From the NCBI RefSeq assembly GCF_036321535.1, contig NC_087437.1, positions 107,200,001-107,264,000 on the forward strand: a DNA stretch of 64,000 nucleotides. Reading direction: 5' to 3'. The notes below the pieces were generated by a model that had not been told where the DNA came from, made no database searches, and saw only the letters and a list, made by a program, of their open reading frames with translations. The stretch is from Camelus dromedarius (lineage: Eukaryota). Of the stretch, positions 13,485 to 27,739 are shown piece after piece. A program made the translations under genes and the position numbers. Numbering within the stretch: position 1 is the first letter of the stretch; each line of letters starts with the position of its first letter.

Positions 13485-13636
13485 TTTTGTTTGTTTGTTT
13501 TCAGGGGGGGGTGGAGGGGGCTAATTAGGTTTATTTACTTATTTAATTTTTTTTTTCAATGGAGGTACTGAGAATTGAACCCAGGACCTCAAGCATGCTA
13601 AGCATGCACTCTACCACTGAGCTATACCCTCCTCCC
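13485..13636 (-). mobile_element. tRNA-Ala-derived SINE (Vic-1-like, camelid)
   Basis: Reverse strand reads ggagggtatagctcagtggtagagtgcatgcttagcatgcttgaggtcctgggttcaattctcagtacctcca (A and B boxes, AGC anticodon arm), then 'taaataaacctaatt' and an A-rich tail. Degenerate TSD agaga(ta)tttcttt. Confidence 0.85.
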
Positions 13637-15334
13637 GAGAGATATTTCTTTCTCAAGTCCACGCATAGGAAAAGGGTGAAGAGGAGTCAAGGCAACTGTG
13701 AAGGGTAAATGAAGAGATCTGAGGAAGTTCAGCCAAGCTCCCTGAGTGAAACAGGACGGGAAAACTTCTAGTGATAGGATAAGGGAGATACAGATACAGG
13801 GAACCAGGGTTCAAGGTCAGGGTTTAAAGCAGAGATGCCAAAGTCTGGCTTTAAGGAAGAATTAGCTTTTGTATTTGGAACCATTTGCAATCGGGAGGCA
13901 TGCGAAAGACAGAAGAGAGGTTTGTATGCTTTAGCTACGTTAAGCAATCTTATTTACAATGCTACCTTTCTTTGTGCATCTTTCTGTAATTGGAAAATAA
14001 TTCTCAGCAAAATACTTCTCAGCTAAAATACTTCTCACCTCACACAGTTAAGGACCCAACACAGTTGTGAAGAGGGTGCACTTGTTAACAGCACTTGTAT
14101 TTATCTACTAAATTAATAAAAAAAAAGAGGCACAACTGAAGTCAGAGGGAAATGTACAGAGTAACGCAGGGCTCTAATCTAGTATTTTCCTCAAGTGATG
14201 CAGACCCCAGAACTTATAACTTGTTTGTTCGAAATCATTAGTAAAAATCAAGGTGTAAATTATAAGTGTGTCTGTAGAAAATACTGATGTCTTCTTAATA
14301 AATACTAAACCATGTCATAAATACGGCAGTCCTGCTAAGGAGTGCCCATCACACAAAGCAACACCAGGAAGGAGTTATCTGAATTGTGCTAAGGAAATGA
14401 ATTTCATGGTAAATTATGTCACAGAAAAGTCTGCAGGGGAAGCGTCTGAGTCATGTTGTTAGTTCAGAAATAGCAGACAGTTAGTCACCTGATAATTTTT
14501 CTAGTACAGTAATCATCTTTTTCAATTAGCAAGCGGGTGAAGTTTCATTAAATACATTTCACCTTTGATATTCACAATGTGGATTCAAAAAGCGTCTCGC
14601 CTCCTTCAATTCACATGTGAACCTGGTGTTAGAAAATCTGAGACAATGTGCCCCCCGAGCAAAGGCACAATACTTTAGAGGAAAACGTTGGTTCAGCTTC
14701 TTACTCAGCTTCAGGTATTACAGCTAGGGCTGACTTATAACATTAACCTCAGGAAGTAAATTTGGTTGTTTTTCTAGACTTTGGTCTGTAAATTAAACAG
14801 AATTACAAGTTCTTGTCTCCTGACCCCAAACTGACCAATGGTCAAGGGGACATAGCACCACATCCTTAAAAAATGTCACAAGAAGCTCTGTAATGTGTTT
14901 ACTTAAGAAAGCCCAGCTCAGATGAAACATCTGTTTCTTAATGAGGTCATGTTTTTATTTTACCTAATTTTCCAGCTGGGATTATTAAGGGGGCAGGAAG
15001 GTCTTGCCAGGGGTTGAAAAGGGAGTCAAACGCTCACATGGGATCAGAATCTAGAATCCTCGATGAAGTGGACCAGGAACTCTTAACAATTGGATGGTAC
15101 ACGTCTATTCAAACACAAGTCCTTATGTAGAAGTGAGAAAACTCTTAAACCCTCATTTCAAAACATTAAACATAAAAGCAAAACTTTACATCAATGATGT
15201 AATTTGGAAGGAAGAGAACACATTTTTTTCACCTTATAAATAGTTGAGTCAATATCTTTGTGAATCAAATTCAGGATTATCTCCTTCAAAATGAACACTG
15301 TCAAGTCATTATAGGATAATACCCAAATCTTGGG

Positions 15335-15535
15335 CAATGGAGTCAGATGAATTGGGTTCCAGTTATACCCAAGCAGTATGCTAGTTTTTGACCTTAGATT
15401 AGTTTAGAAACTTCTCTGCATGGCAGTGTCCTCCTCTCTTGGATGACTCATTTAAAGTACTTAGCTCCTGGGATTTTGTGAAGCTTAAAGAATATAAAAG
15501 ATGCAAAGTGCTTAGAATACATGCTTAACAAATAT
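15335..15535 (+). mobile_element. MIR SINE relic
   Basis: 'ggagtcagatgaattgggttcc...tgaccttag...gattttgtgaagcttaaag...aaagtgcttagaa'. Confidence 0.55.
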
Positions 15536-18500
15536 AAATGGGCAGTGATTGTTAGCTGACTTTATTGTTCTCACTGAAAACTTGGATTTGTTATAACTTG
15601 ACTTACGAGTATCTAGTCTTCAGTGGTTTTTGATAAATTGTGATATTATTAGAGACTCTTGATTTGGGAGAGAAGGGAAAATTTTCTAATCATAAGAGGA
15701 AAAAACATCACACATTGAGTGTGTGATATATTTATTTTATGCCATCTTCAACCTGTTGAGTTTCTATACGTGTGGCAGAAAAACCTATAGGCCTCCCCTA
15801 GAGAAATAAAATTGGGATTTGATTTAAAAACAAACAAACAAACTGATGCTAAAACACCAAATCTCTCAATGCTGCCACTGGACATGTAGCAAACGCCTTT
15901 CATCTGGGGGCCAAGAAAGCCAGAATGTGGCATAGCTCCAAACTGGAGGAAAAAAAAAAGATGTTTGGTTTATGTTGATTAAAGCTATGGGTTTGGAGGT
16001 AAATACCCAGTTGAATCCGAGTTTCCTTTTACCTCACATCTCACAGCCAGTCCTGACATCTGATTCTGTGCACTTGCCTTTGGTCTGTGGTGTTTCGTGG
16101 GCCTCTGCAGCTTTTCAAAACATGGCCTTGTTTAATCTAATCATCTGTGGGGGCAGTCACACGTAGATCAGCACAACCAGAGAACTCCCTGTAACCACAG
16201 CAAAACACAGGCTGCCATACTGTTGTGTCTCGACCACTTCCTCAGCCTCCAGCTGAAAACCTGGCTTTGACTTTAGCTTAGGAGGCATTCTGGAATCTTT
16301 CACGGTGGAGATTCACTTAGCACATTTTCTAATTACTCTAAAGCCAAGCTTCGGCATGTTGGCAAATCATGTATTCCATTAGTCTAAATAAAATCAGATT
16401 GTTCCCTCTAGCATGTTAGAAGCTGGCCCGACATGAATAAAATTATGATGTTGAAGAACCATGTGGGCAGCAGGTGAAATCTTTATTATTACGAGCCGAT
16501 AATAAAAGTTCGACAAGTTAAAAGTATAAACTCCAAATGTAAACTTACATTCACTTGAAACTTGCTACGGTTCACATTTGGATTGTAAAATGGCTATAAC
16601 CATGTTCTTACCTCAACCCAAGGCCCAGGGATGGGGATTGTGTTCTTGATAGTTTAAAACAGCTTTCTTAAACGTCCTAACAATTTACGCAGTGTTGACA
16701 TACATGTAACGTAACAAAAAGGCAGGCAATTTGTCGCCCCTATGCAGAGTCTAGACTCATTAGAGTCTCTTTCCTGGCATCAGTTGACTCCGTATCTCCA
16801 AAATCTAGCTCTCCTTTGGAAAGAGTGAGCAGGCAAGGAGATGTGTTCCCATTGCCATGTGGCACACGAAGAGTCCCTTTTCAGAACTGTTCGTTTAAGT
16901 CACTTCATTATGACTTTAACATCATGGACAGTCAAGGTGCAAGATAAGGGCTTCCGGCTTGCTTTTATCTACCTTACGTGAAAATTCTCGGGGTAGGGAT
17001 ATTTTTAAATGGAGGGAGTAAAAGAACAAGTTAAAGGGGAGTAAAGGGATGAAGAGCTTTTTATTCAACTCTAATGACTTTGTATTTCAAACCACCGTGT
17101 ATAGAAAGAGGAAGCCAGGAATGAGGCATCCTATGAGAAACCTTAAGTTGGCTGATGAAAGTGTTATTTTTCATCAAATATATCCTTTTACTGCTTACAG
17201 AAAAAATAAAGTAGAAAAATCATGGGAATAGTCTGGAAATTTTCTCCACGACTTATGTATTGAACACAGTAACATCTTTATACTGTGTGCATGAAGCAAG
17301 TTGCTCATTTTGGAATGGGACAAGCAAATTCAAAACACTCTAGCAAGATCGAGGTTTCACGACGTCATTTTATCACCATATGTAGCCTGAATATATAACC
17401 TCCAAATCTGGAAAGTAGTAAATGTCTAATAAAAGGGAAGGGAGGAAATTACATAAGAAGAACAGAGTAGAATTAGAATCCAGAGCAGAGTTAATTTGAG
17501 CTGATGGTTTCAAGCAAGGAGCTAAAAATAAAGAGCTGGAAACAGAACAGCGAGCTGTATTACCCAAGATCCCACTGCCTGCAGAGGCAAAGCTCTGTAA
17601 TCGCATACAGATGATTGGGAAATATTTTGTAAGGTTATCTTCTCTAAAGTTTTTAAAGCTCATACTTTATAACACATGTTCACAATATTTAGGCAAGAAG
17701 TGAAATTAAAGAATAATAAAACAATTAGAAAATGAAGTGAACGAAAGCCAGATCCCTTTATGAAAGGGAAATTAAATCCATATCCCCTATCCCCGGACCT
17801 TAAACTTCTCAGATTAGGCCATACGTAACGCAAAAAGGGACATTAAGTAGGCACTGTTTGACTGGAGAATGACTGACAGAGAATTCTAAAGAAGTAAATA
17901 GAAATGATCCAACCAAGAAACGAAAGGGCACACAGCGTAGTTACACATCAAAGATTTAGGTTAGATTTTTTTCTGCATAGAAACCGACATTTCTCCTGCA
18001 TTGTTCTCTTAAAACTATGTCCAATATCCTCATAGTATGAAGAAAAGTTCATATTGTACATAGTTTTAATAAAACTTCTGTTCTCACCAGCATCCAACTT
18101 CCGACTTCTCTCACTGCTTTGTCTGCCTATGTGAACTCTTGGTTTAGGAACTCAGGAGGGCTGGGAAATGCTGGAAGATTCTTCATTCCAGTCCAGTTGC
18201 CCTCAGGGTCAATGCAGCCTCAAAGAAGCTGTATTTACTGCCACAGTGGTTCCCTTACAAAGAAAGCTCCCAGATGCTGTCAATGTGTGAAAATAAATCA
18301 CTAGAGGATTGAAGGAAGAAAATCGCTCTTCCTTCATGGAATCTGTAATCTCTTCTTTAGAAGGTCAGGATTTAGGGCTCATAATCATATGGACAGTTGA
18401 CGCCACAATTCTTCTCTGTCTCTTCTTCCTCATCATTCCTCTGCTTGGTCTGAGACGAACCAGCCTCTGCCTGCCCAGGGCTGGGAACTTTTCCTATGGG

Positions 18501-19422
18501 ACTTCTCCCACTCTGAATAATGCTGATGAACTACTGGCACACTTTTAAAATCATCTCTAGCTACGTAATTACAATGCTCTTGAGTATTTGAACTAATTCT
18601 TAGCTTTGCTGCAAAAGTGGAATGTTGTCTTGGAGGATTCTTGTGTTTCTCCCACTCATTCCTGTACACACATAGATATCTAATAAACATTGATGAAGAA
18701 TCAAAGTTAGGCTGAATTTTTATCAGTTAGTTGAACAGGCATGAGTGAGAGAGAGGTGAAGACACAACGCCAACCCTGAAGTTCACACGGAATGGGGTTT
18801 GTGTTTTAAAAACATTTCCAGGCACACCAGGTCTTCTAGTGCAGCCACCAGGGAGCTGTGCCTCATTGATTCCACCTACTAGGGAAGATATGGAGATGGA
18901 GCATCTGAATCTCTTGCCTCTGATAAAACAGGACATGGAAACAGAGCTGGGACTCCATCTTGAAGCTAAAGGTGCTCAATTAATAAAGGGTTAAACTGAA
19001 TTATTATCAGTGATGCTATTGGTGGTTTTGTGGTTATGTTTGTGGTTTTTTCTGCTTAGATGGCCCAAGGGCGTCAGTTAAGAAAACTAAGGTCATGATT
19101 AACACAAGAGAATTGGAATTTAACTACTGATTTCTATTTTACTGCTCTGATACACCGACTTATGCAATTATACTTTTGATGTGAAGTTATTTTAAGTCCC
19201 CAAAGAAAACATAGCAGCCCAAAATCAACACATTGTGAAACTTTCTCTGCTTATGAGGAATATGGAAAAAAAAAGTTTTAATTTCTATTTAAAAATGATG
19301 ATTTTGGCTGAAGAAAACTAAATCTGTTTAATCAAATATAGCAAAGAAAAGTACAATAATTATCAAACCATACTTTGCCCCCAAAAGATAATGCTAAAAG
19401 GTGATATATTAAAAAGTAAATG

Positions 19423-19578
19423 TATAGAACAGGGAACCATATTTGATATCTTGTAGTAACTTATGGTGAAAAAGAATATAAAAATGAATATATGTATGTT
19501 TCTATAGTACTGAAGCATTGTGCTGAACACGAGAAATTGACACAACATTGTAAACTGACTATAGTTAAAAAAATATAT
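19423..19578 (+). mobile_element. 5'-truncated L1 3'UTR tail (cetartiodactyl/camelid type)
   Basis: 'acagggaaccatattt...agaaattgacacaacattgtaaactgactat' plus A-rich end. TSD aaagtaaatg at 19413-19422 and 19579-19588. Homologous to copies at 42741, 47405 and 56534. Confidence 0.85.
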
Positions 19579-20476
19579 AAAGTAAATGAACTAGTTAAAA
19601 ACCAAAACAGACGTGGATATGGATATAAATAATAACTATAACCTACACATGGCCCCTAAAAACTCAATGAAATATACACTGTCATTCTTATATTTCAGGT
19701 ATGAAAACTGAAGCTTAGAGAGTTTAAATAGTAAGACCACCGTGACACAGGTAGAAGACACTTCAGAAAGAGCTGAACCTGGATGCGTCTAATTCTCACG
19801 TGTCTAAGTACTAAACTTCTTACATACCTAGTAGACTAGGTCAATGGTTAAGAAATACATATTCCTAATTGAGGAGATGTTTCTCAACCATCAACTCCGT
19901 CCTAAATTACTAGTGTTAGGATTTAGGTGAGTTTCTTATGACAAACAAACCAGGGAAGTGACATTTTAAAACAAACCCCGATGACTGTGAGGTTTTGTTC
20001 CACTTGCTTTGCTATAAAACCAGACAGGAATGTTGCCCATAAGCTACTGATTACCTTTGACAGGAGCAGACTGTTCTCACTCACAGTGGAATAAAACATG
20101 ATGCATTTCTGTGTAAACTGATTACCCCTGGATGAGTCAATGGAGTAACTGCTAACAGAAACATCTCTGCGTGCCATAGCCAACTGTAACAAATTCTAAG
20201 AGTCACTTACGGATGCTTACAAAGCCAGTGGCAGTAGCGAATTTCTCTTAAACTTTTAAAGGCACTGTCGGAAAGGAAATATCGACTATGTGTGCCTGAC
20301 TTCGCTTTCCTTCTCTCTTATTAGTTAACCCTAAAAGGGCAAATATAAACAAATGTAATCCCCAATGGTACATCTGAACCAGGAGAAATCTGGGATTAAC
20401 TGCCAAGTCTTCTGGTTCCTATTGCAGCTGTTACAAGTGTTTGATTTGGCCAGGGAAGAGAACGGGCACCGCATAC

Positions 20477-20609
20477 CAACTTCGTGAGCCACGGTGAAAG
20501 CTGCGTGGAGACCATCATCTTCAATCACAGCACAGCTGCGCTCGGGAGAACATATGGTCCCGACGTCTGCCATTCCCAGGGTGTCACATGAATGATGCCC
20601 ACATAAATC
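20477..20609 (-). CDS. ADAMTS5: ADAMTS5 coding exon 2 (metalloprotease domain up to HEV-G)
   Basis: Translates [44 protein letters not shown](G). Acceptor ttctcccgggcag|GAT, donor GTTG|gtatgc. 133 nt, phase 0-1. Confidence 0.97.
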
Positions 20610-21207
20610 CTGCCCGGGAGAAAGAGAGAAATCATTAAAATCAACTTCCATCCAGAAGGAGCCACCTTGTGGAGCCACATGCTCTCCCCAGATGTCAACA
20701 CTGGGATATGTGTATGGTGTCACCGGCTCAGCTCTGGAAATGTTCCAAAGACAAACTAACGGCATTGACTCTTCCAAGCTTCTCTGGGGCCCAGAAGCAC
20801 AAAAAGGATGATTGGACTCAACTACACTTTAAAAGATGTCAGAAGATTGTAGCTTGTCCATTGCAGTAGCAGCCGCAGCCTTAACCAAGCTGTATGGTGT
20901 CTATGCAGATAGCTAGGCCATGATCAATTTCACAGCGGGTCATGCTTAGGAAAGCCTTAATATTCTGACCTAAATTCATTCTAAATTTATCGGAAGCTGG
21001 GCTTAATAATTTATTTTCCATCCCAGGGGCAAACCCCAACTACATATTTATGGCAGAACGTAAATTTATTAGTAATTTGGATAGAAAATTCCATTTTAAT
21101 CCATAAGGATAATTTCTCAAAAGGTCATCTCTTCATTTCCAAATCAAGTTGTGATTTCAGAGTCTGTATCTTCAGAAATGTATGTGCTCTTTCCCGTAGC
21201 ATTGAAG

Positions 21208-21330
21208 GCAGTGTTTCTCAACCTGCTCAATCCTCAGAAAATATGTGTAATATTAATATAAATGAGTGTATGCATTTTTCTGGTGAGAAGTTGCATAGCA
21301 TTTAAGAGATTCTCAAATGAGGGTTCACAC
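21208..21330. mobile_element. hAT-Charlie-type DNA transposon relic
   Basis: Terminal 'cagtgtttctcaacct' and internal 'tgcatttttctggtgagaagttgcatagcatttaagagattctcaaa'. Confidence 0.45.
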
Positions 21331-23149
21331 TGTGTGGCCCACTGTCGTCTATGGCAGCGTACCCCTAATAAATTCCTTTCCATTCCCCTAAAAGAAGAGA
21401 TTTTCAAAGGGAAACATTATCGCACCTCACAAATGGTTCAAATTGTCAGTTGAGATGAAAGAGAAATCAACAAGACAATATTAAATTATGAAGCATAAAG
21501 AGAAAATACATGCCAAATTTTTTGACATGATAGATTTGTAATGATAAACTTTCTCTTAAACACTACTTGAGTACTCATGAACATTAGAATTTCTTGTTTT
21601 TGACTACTTTTTGCAGTGAAAAGCAATTGAAAGTATGTATATTTATAGCCAAAAACATGACACTATCCTGGTAAGCCTTAAGTAAATAAAAAAATTGCAG
21701 AAAAAATTTAGAATATTAATTACTATGAAAGGTGACTGTTAACTATTTGAAATCTGTGTTCTTTCCATTACAGCTATTACCCAGCTATCACAATATCTTA
21801 TGGCTCATGATATGAACTCAATAAACATTTGCTTACAGCTGAGATGATTTCTGATGACATACAGGCAGATGCAATGCAGACCTCACACACCTTTAATATG
21901 CTGTGTGCTAGCAAGACCTCAGCAGACTCCAGGAAGCCAGCACAAGACATTATTACTACATAACCAATGCCGCCTACTCAACATCAACATACTCTTCTAA
22001 CTCTTCTCTATTTCATTGCATAAAAGACCTGCTATGGTAAAGAATATTTAAAAGGTATACCCTACGGTCTCTCTAGTACATTTTCAGGTCCTTATTGTGT
22101 TCCATATATTCTGAGCTCCCAGCTGTGATGAATTGCACTGTGGCCACCATGTCATTACAGCTTCAGACAGTGGAGATCTCAGCCAAGAAGTCTTGGTGAA
22201 TCAAGTCACCAGACCAATACGAGCCTCCCAAAGTGTCCTGTGCATCCTCATATGTCATCCTGTGGGATCTCAAATTGCAACTGTCGAGAACAAATTAGTA
22301 GTTTTTAAAATTGAAATTGGAACACACTTTTGCATAACAATCAGTCTTTGAGATAATTATATAGTACAATCCATGTTTTAATTCATTTTTAACCCCCAAA
22401 CATTTTAGTAGCTTTAAGACCAAAGACCAGGTCATGGTTTAAGTGAATTGTTAGACACTGTTGGTTATTTCTGCACATGCCGATTTTTTTTTTTAAATCG
22501 AGATTTATGTTTATCTTCAAAATTTGGGGTTTGCTATCTTCAAATAATAAAACCCAAGAATTGCTTCCCCTTCTTACTTTTTACTTCATTAATGAGCTTA
22601 GATGAAGAGCCACAGCTAATGGGAATGGCCCTCTTGCTCAGAACAGAGTTTAATGTGGATTCTTGAGCTCTGTTTACTGGTAATCAATTGCTCATTAGAG
22701 GCCATCAACCCTCCTTGTCATCCTTGAATTGCATTGAATGCATTTGGCCTTTTGCCATGGAAATATGTACATGTGACAAAATTATGAACAGAAGCAGTTA
22801 TTTTTTTTTAATGACACTGATTAAACCCCTTGAGTACATAGCCATAGTCTACATTTCTGTAACTGTAATTTTGGAAACTGGCAACCTTTCCGTTTCACTC
22901 ATGCAATTTCAAACCTTGGCAGCCCAGTTATGGTTTCTTCCTCAAGATTTACAATGAATGCCTGCAGTACTTTGTGATTCAATGTTCACTCCAATGTGTT
23001 AAAACTCAGCTGGTGCATCACATCACACTCATGTCTATTTTCTGATGGCGATTTATAATGACATTTACAGGTGCAATCCTTATTTGAAGTTTATAGGATT
23101 TTTTTTTTTTAATTCAGAACAGGAGTAAGGATAATATTGGGGCAACAGC

Positions 23150-23192
<43 letters not shown>

Positions 23193-23205
23193 ATCTATCT
23201 ATCTA
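23150..23205. repeat. (TATC)n tetranucleotide microsatellite
   Basis: About 13 TATC units with one interruption. Confidence 0.95.
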
Positions 23206-24599
23206 CCTTCTGAATCTGGAGGCAGAGGACACTAAAGAAATGTAAATCACATGCAGTATCCACATAAGAGGCAAATGAATTAAAAGCGCTGACAAGAATT
23301 TTTCTGCTTAGTCAATCTACATCTGAAGGTAAGTTACATCTTTGTTATGTTAGATGGTCCTTTTCACTCAGGATCAATACCATATCACGATATTAATATC
23401 GTATAGACAACAATGGTGTGGACAACAATGTAACAGAAGATTTAGTACAATTCTTAGTAAATGTCAGGGTAGCAAGAGCATGCAGAGATTTAACTAGTGG
23501 GATTGTGGTGTGTTCCTGGCCAGGAGACAGGACTGGGACATTGCATCTAATTCAAAAATAGAGCCACGATGGTCAGTGAGACCAACGGAGAGTTGACAGG
23601 GAGGTCACTGACGTGGTGAACAGGCGTGGCTGTTTAGAGGATTATGACTATGGGAATATCTGTGATTTATCATGGAATTTACACGGACTCGTGGTACCTC
23701 AGGCCTATTCTTGTGGATGGAGTTGGAGGCAAGGAGTCAGCAAAGTACGCTACCTTGAGAAGCAGAGGCTTAGAAAATCATACAACGTGGAAAATCCCAG
23801 TGGTCAATACTGGGTGGGGAAAGTAAACTAAGCAGATATGAGTGTGCAAAGTGGGAGAAATAACAGGAGATGAAGGATTTCAAGTCCTGACTGGGAGATT
23901 GGTCTTTCAGGCAGCATAAATGTACTGAGAGAAGGAGCTGAAGGAAACACAAAGGCTGTTAAGAGCAGATATCATCACAACTGCAGCAACCACAGTCAAA
24001 ACGAAGGATGAGTACCTTGTGCCAGAGCATCTGGAGTTAAATAAGAGTACTTGCTGTTTCTATAGACATTACCACCTGGTAAGGACGAGCCTGGAGTTCA
24101 AGGGAAGGGCAGAGAAGAGGGTTTAACCAGTCTTGGGTGTCTCTATCTATCTGTCTACCCACTTTCTAGAGAAGAGGGACTAGTGGTAGAAGAATCTGGT
24201 GGGGTACATATTTCAGTCATAAGTATTATGCAAACAAACACTTACACACCAGAATTCATATGTGTCCTAGGATCCGACTTTTGAGGTGTCATTTGCTTGC
24301 CTGGATACTTAAACAGAAGTCTCCAACAACAGAGGTCCTGATCTGAATTTCAGCAGAGACCACATTGACTGGGTCTGTTAGGCACCCATTAATGATGATG
24401 CATGTTATGCAATCTCTATCCATGGTTCTGGATACAACTAGGTAACACCAAACATAGAGAGCTCGGCTGGATCGGAGGCGCTTTCCTTGGGAAGGAATTT
24501 ATTCCTACGACAACTGCTGTGCGCCCACAACCTGCCAGACACTGTACTGAGCGTTGACACTGCGGTGAGTAAATAAAATGAGATCTGATCCTGATCCTT

Positions 24600-25050
24600 A
24601 GGAAACACCATGAGCTAGTGAGCAAAACAAGACATGTCATGAGAGAAGCAATTGAACAGACTGTTGAGGGAGTGCAAGGAGGAACTGAAGAGCTCTCCCT
24701 GTGAGAATCAACGTGTCTTAAAGGAGGTCACTGCATCTTAAGGGATGAAAAGAACTCTGACAGTGTGAGAGCAAGGGTATTCGAACAAGGAAAGACTAGT
24801 GAATGCATCATAGGGTAGGAAAAGGCAGGGAGAGGTTGTTCTGGAAATGACCACACTTTTGCGGTGGCCAGAGGACAGGACATGCCTGGTGGAAGCTGTG
24901 CAGGGATAGCTGGAAAGATAGTCTGGGCCCAGAGTTCCAAGATGGGAAACTTTCTCTGATAAATGTGAAGTAAGAAGGGGAAGGAAAGATGGAGGAAGTT
25001 GGGGATGGAGGTGAACAGATGCTCAGAAGAATCATTTTGGACAGTGGGAA
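24600..25050 (-). mobile_element. L2 LINE relic
   Basis: Purine-rich L2-like motifs 'tgcatcttaagggatgaaaagaa', 'aggacatgcctggtggaagctgtgcaggga'. Heavily decayed; boundaries approximate. Confidence 0.4.
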
Positions 25051-26278
25051 TGGAAGCTGATTAGAGACAGTGAATGAGAAGGTAGATGGCTTTAACTTCA
25101 ACTCTGTTAGTAAGAAGCATTGCATAAACTATTTACATACTTTGAGACAACCTTCCTTCATCAACAGCATAAGAATTTTGGGCCAAGTGGTCTCTAGGTT
25201 TTGTTTCAGCTACACATGTGTTGGTATTAGGGGGAAATACTTCAATTTATAGACAGAGAAATGAAAGCTCAGGGGCAATTAGTGGCCAAATCGCAAACTT
25301 GGGATGGGTGAGGCTGAAATTCAGACTGATATCTAAACACTCCAGTTCCTGGACTGACTTCATCATGGTGCTGTTAAATCATCATTTATGTTTCTCGACG
25401 TTACTCTTATCTTTTGCATTCGTAATCTGTACTTGGTCAAGCAAATTCCTTTTTTGCCACAAACAATACAGCATGGTCTTTATCTCTGTGGTGTGTCTGG
25501 TGAAACTCAATAATCTAGAGGTACAGGAAAATATCAAATGCACTGAGAAAGATATTCCATAGAACAAGAAATTGGAAGGGCTGGATAAGATACCTGGAGA
25601 CATCATTTACTTGCCTGTCTCTCACTTGCCGCATCTGGTCACTGAGGTCACTGACTCCATCAACCAAATGTCTCATGTAGCTATCCTCTCTTTCTCATTC
25701 CTTCCATTATTCCTTCCTGCCTGGACCATCACCTAAGGCTTTGAAATGGTCCTTTTGTCTCCTGTAACTTCCCTACCCAGATGCTGCAGTCAGTTTCCTT
25801 TTAAAGCCCAGATTTAGAAGATTCCACCATTCCTCCAAAACTTAAAAGGCATCCCAACCTTAGCCTGGCATATAAAACCCTCCACTAGGCTTTCTTGTCA
25901 GCCTTCGGTGCTCCTTCGTGATCCATCTTGTCTACGTTTTCAGCATATCTCATCAACATTTTGGCTCTAAACCTTAGCCCAAATATTCCTCCTGCTAGAA
26001 AGGATTAATTTACTCATATCCACTTTTTTTTTTTAAAAACACTTACTGACTCCATTCCTGCTTTTCTATTTCTAATGCCACTGCTTTAGTTTAGACCATC
26101 TTGAATCTCTTCTTGAAGCCTTGAAGATTACTGAAATAGCCTGTAGATTTTCCTACAGGATCCAGCCCAACTACTTGGGCCAGAAGGCTCATTTAAGAAC
26201 ACACTGTTTTCCTGTCAATGCTCTTTCCATAGATTCTCATTAAATCTAACTTACAATTTAAATTCTTTAAACTCTTTA

Positions 26279-26684
26279 AGCTATAGACTGAACTGTGTTC
26301 CCTGTCCCTGTCTAAATTCATATGTTGAAGCCTTAATCCCCGATGTCCCTGTGTTTGGAGATAGCGCCAATAAGGAGGTAATTAAGGTTAAGTAAAAGCA
26401 TAAGTTGGGGGCAGGCCCTGATCAGATAGCATCAGTGTTCTCGTAAGAGACGCCAGAGAATTCTCTCTCATCTTACCCCTCTCCCCTTTACCCCTCCGCC
26501 CCCATGTAAGCACATGGTGAGAAAGCAACAGTCTACAAGCTGGGAAGAGTTCTTATCAGAAATCAAATAGGCTGAAACCTTGATCTTGAACTTCCCAGCC
26601 TCCAGAATTGAGAAAGTATGTTTCAGTTGTTTAAATCACCCAGTCTACGGTATTTTGTTATGGTGGTCCAAAACGACTAATACA
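26279..26684 (+). mobile_element. MLT1A-like solo LTR (ERVL-MaLR)
   Basis: 'ctatagactgaactgtgt...aaattcatatgttgaagccttaatccc...ccttgatcttgaacttcccagcctccagaa...cccagtctacggtattttgttatgg...gactaataca'. Confidence 0.85.
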
Positions 26685-27739
26685 CGTGGCATACAATTTC
26701 TTCTATAACTTGGTTGTTATCTTCTCTAGACTAATCTATCATGCTTCCACTCTCATATCATCTGTCCTTTCACACCTAACCCTCTATATTTCCCAGAATC
26801 ACCAGGCTGCCTCTGGGCCATTGCACATAGAAGTCTGGCATGTTTGCAATGCCTACTTCCTCCTTCTGATTGAGCTAATTCTCCTCTTTCTTCTAGATTG
26901 AACTCAGATGGGCTAGGCTACCTTCTAATGTACTTCCATGATGTCAAATGACCACATCTATTATAAAAGTCTTCATGCTGTACAGCAAATACTCATTTCC
27001 GTGTCTGTTTCCTGTAATAGATTTTTAGGAAAGGGGCCACTTTTCAAATCTCTGAATCCCTCTTTGCCTATTAGAAACATATTGAATGTTTGAATACATT
27101 CATTGTAATGTTTTTACTTTAGAGACCACTAGACACGACGACCTTCCCTCTCTGCTGTTTGTCAGCTGTTACTCAGAAGTTTATCTCCATTTATCTTTGT
27201 ATGAATGCCCTTATCTGTCAAATCATAATACTGTTACTACGGTTGCCGATTGTTGAATGAATTAATTACAAAATGGTTTATGACTGTGGATAGTGTCTTG
27301 AGAAGTGCTCAGGAAAAGCTGGTTGAGTCCAAATCAGATCTATCCACCCTTCAAGGAGCAATTTAATTCTACATTTACAATGAAGTCTGTATAAAGATCC
27401 AGGGGCACAGTTGACTGTTCCCTCCTCTTTCCTTTTGCAGACTTTGTTTATAGCTCAATTACAGCATTTACGAGAGTTTTCCTTACACTGGAGTGATTTA
27501 TGCATGTATCTGTTTCCTCTCCCCTGGTAATAAGTCGGGGTGGGCAGAGACCAGGTATTTTCCATCTTGCTGACTTCAGCTCCCTGAATGAGTGTCTCAC
27601 ACATAGGAAATGCTCAGAGACAGGTGCTGAATGTGAGAAAGATGACAGCGAAATATGTCCTGTGTGCTATGGTTTACTGTCTCTGATTTCATCGACTTTA
27701 AATTTTGCAAAATATTCTTCACGATTAATTAATTAAGAC

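Noticed and set aside
13555..13636. tRNA-Ala gene-like sequences (also at 41287, 43460, 43945, 45800, 51173)
   Set aside because: They have diverged stems, a shared non-tRNA tail, poly(A) and TSDs, so they are SINEs rather than tRNA genes.
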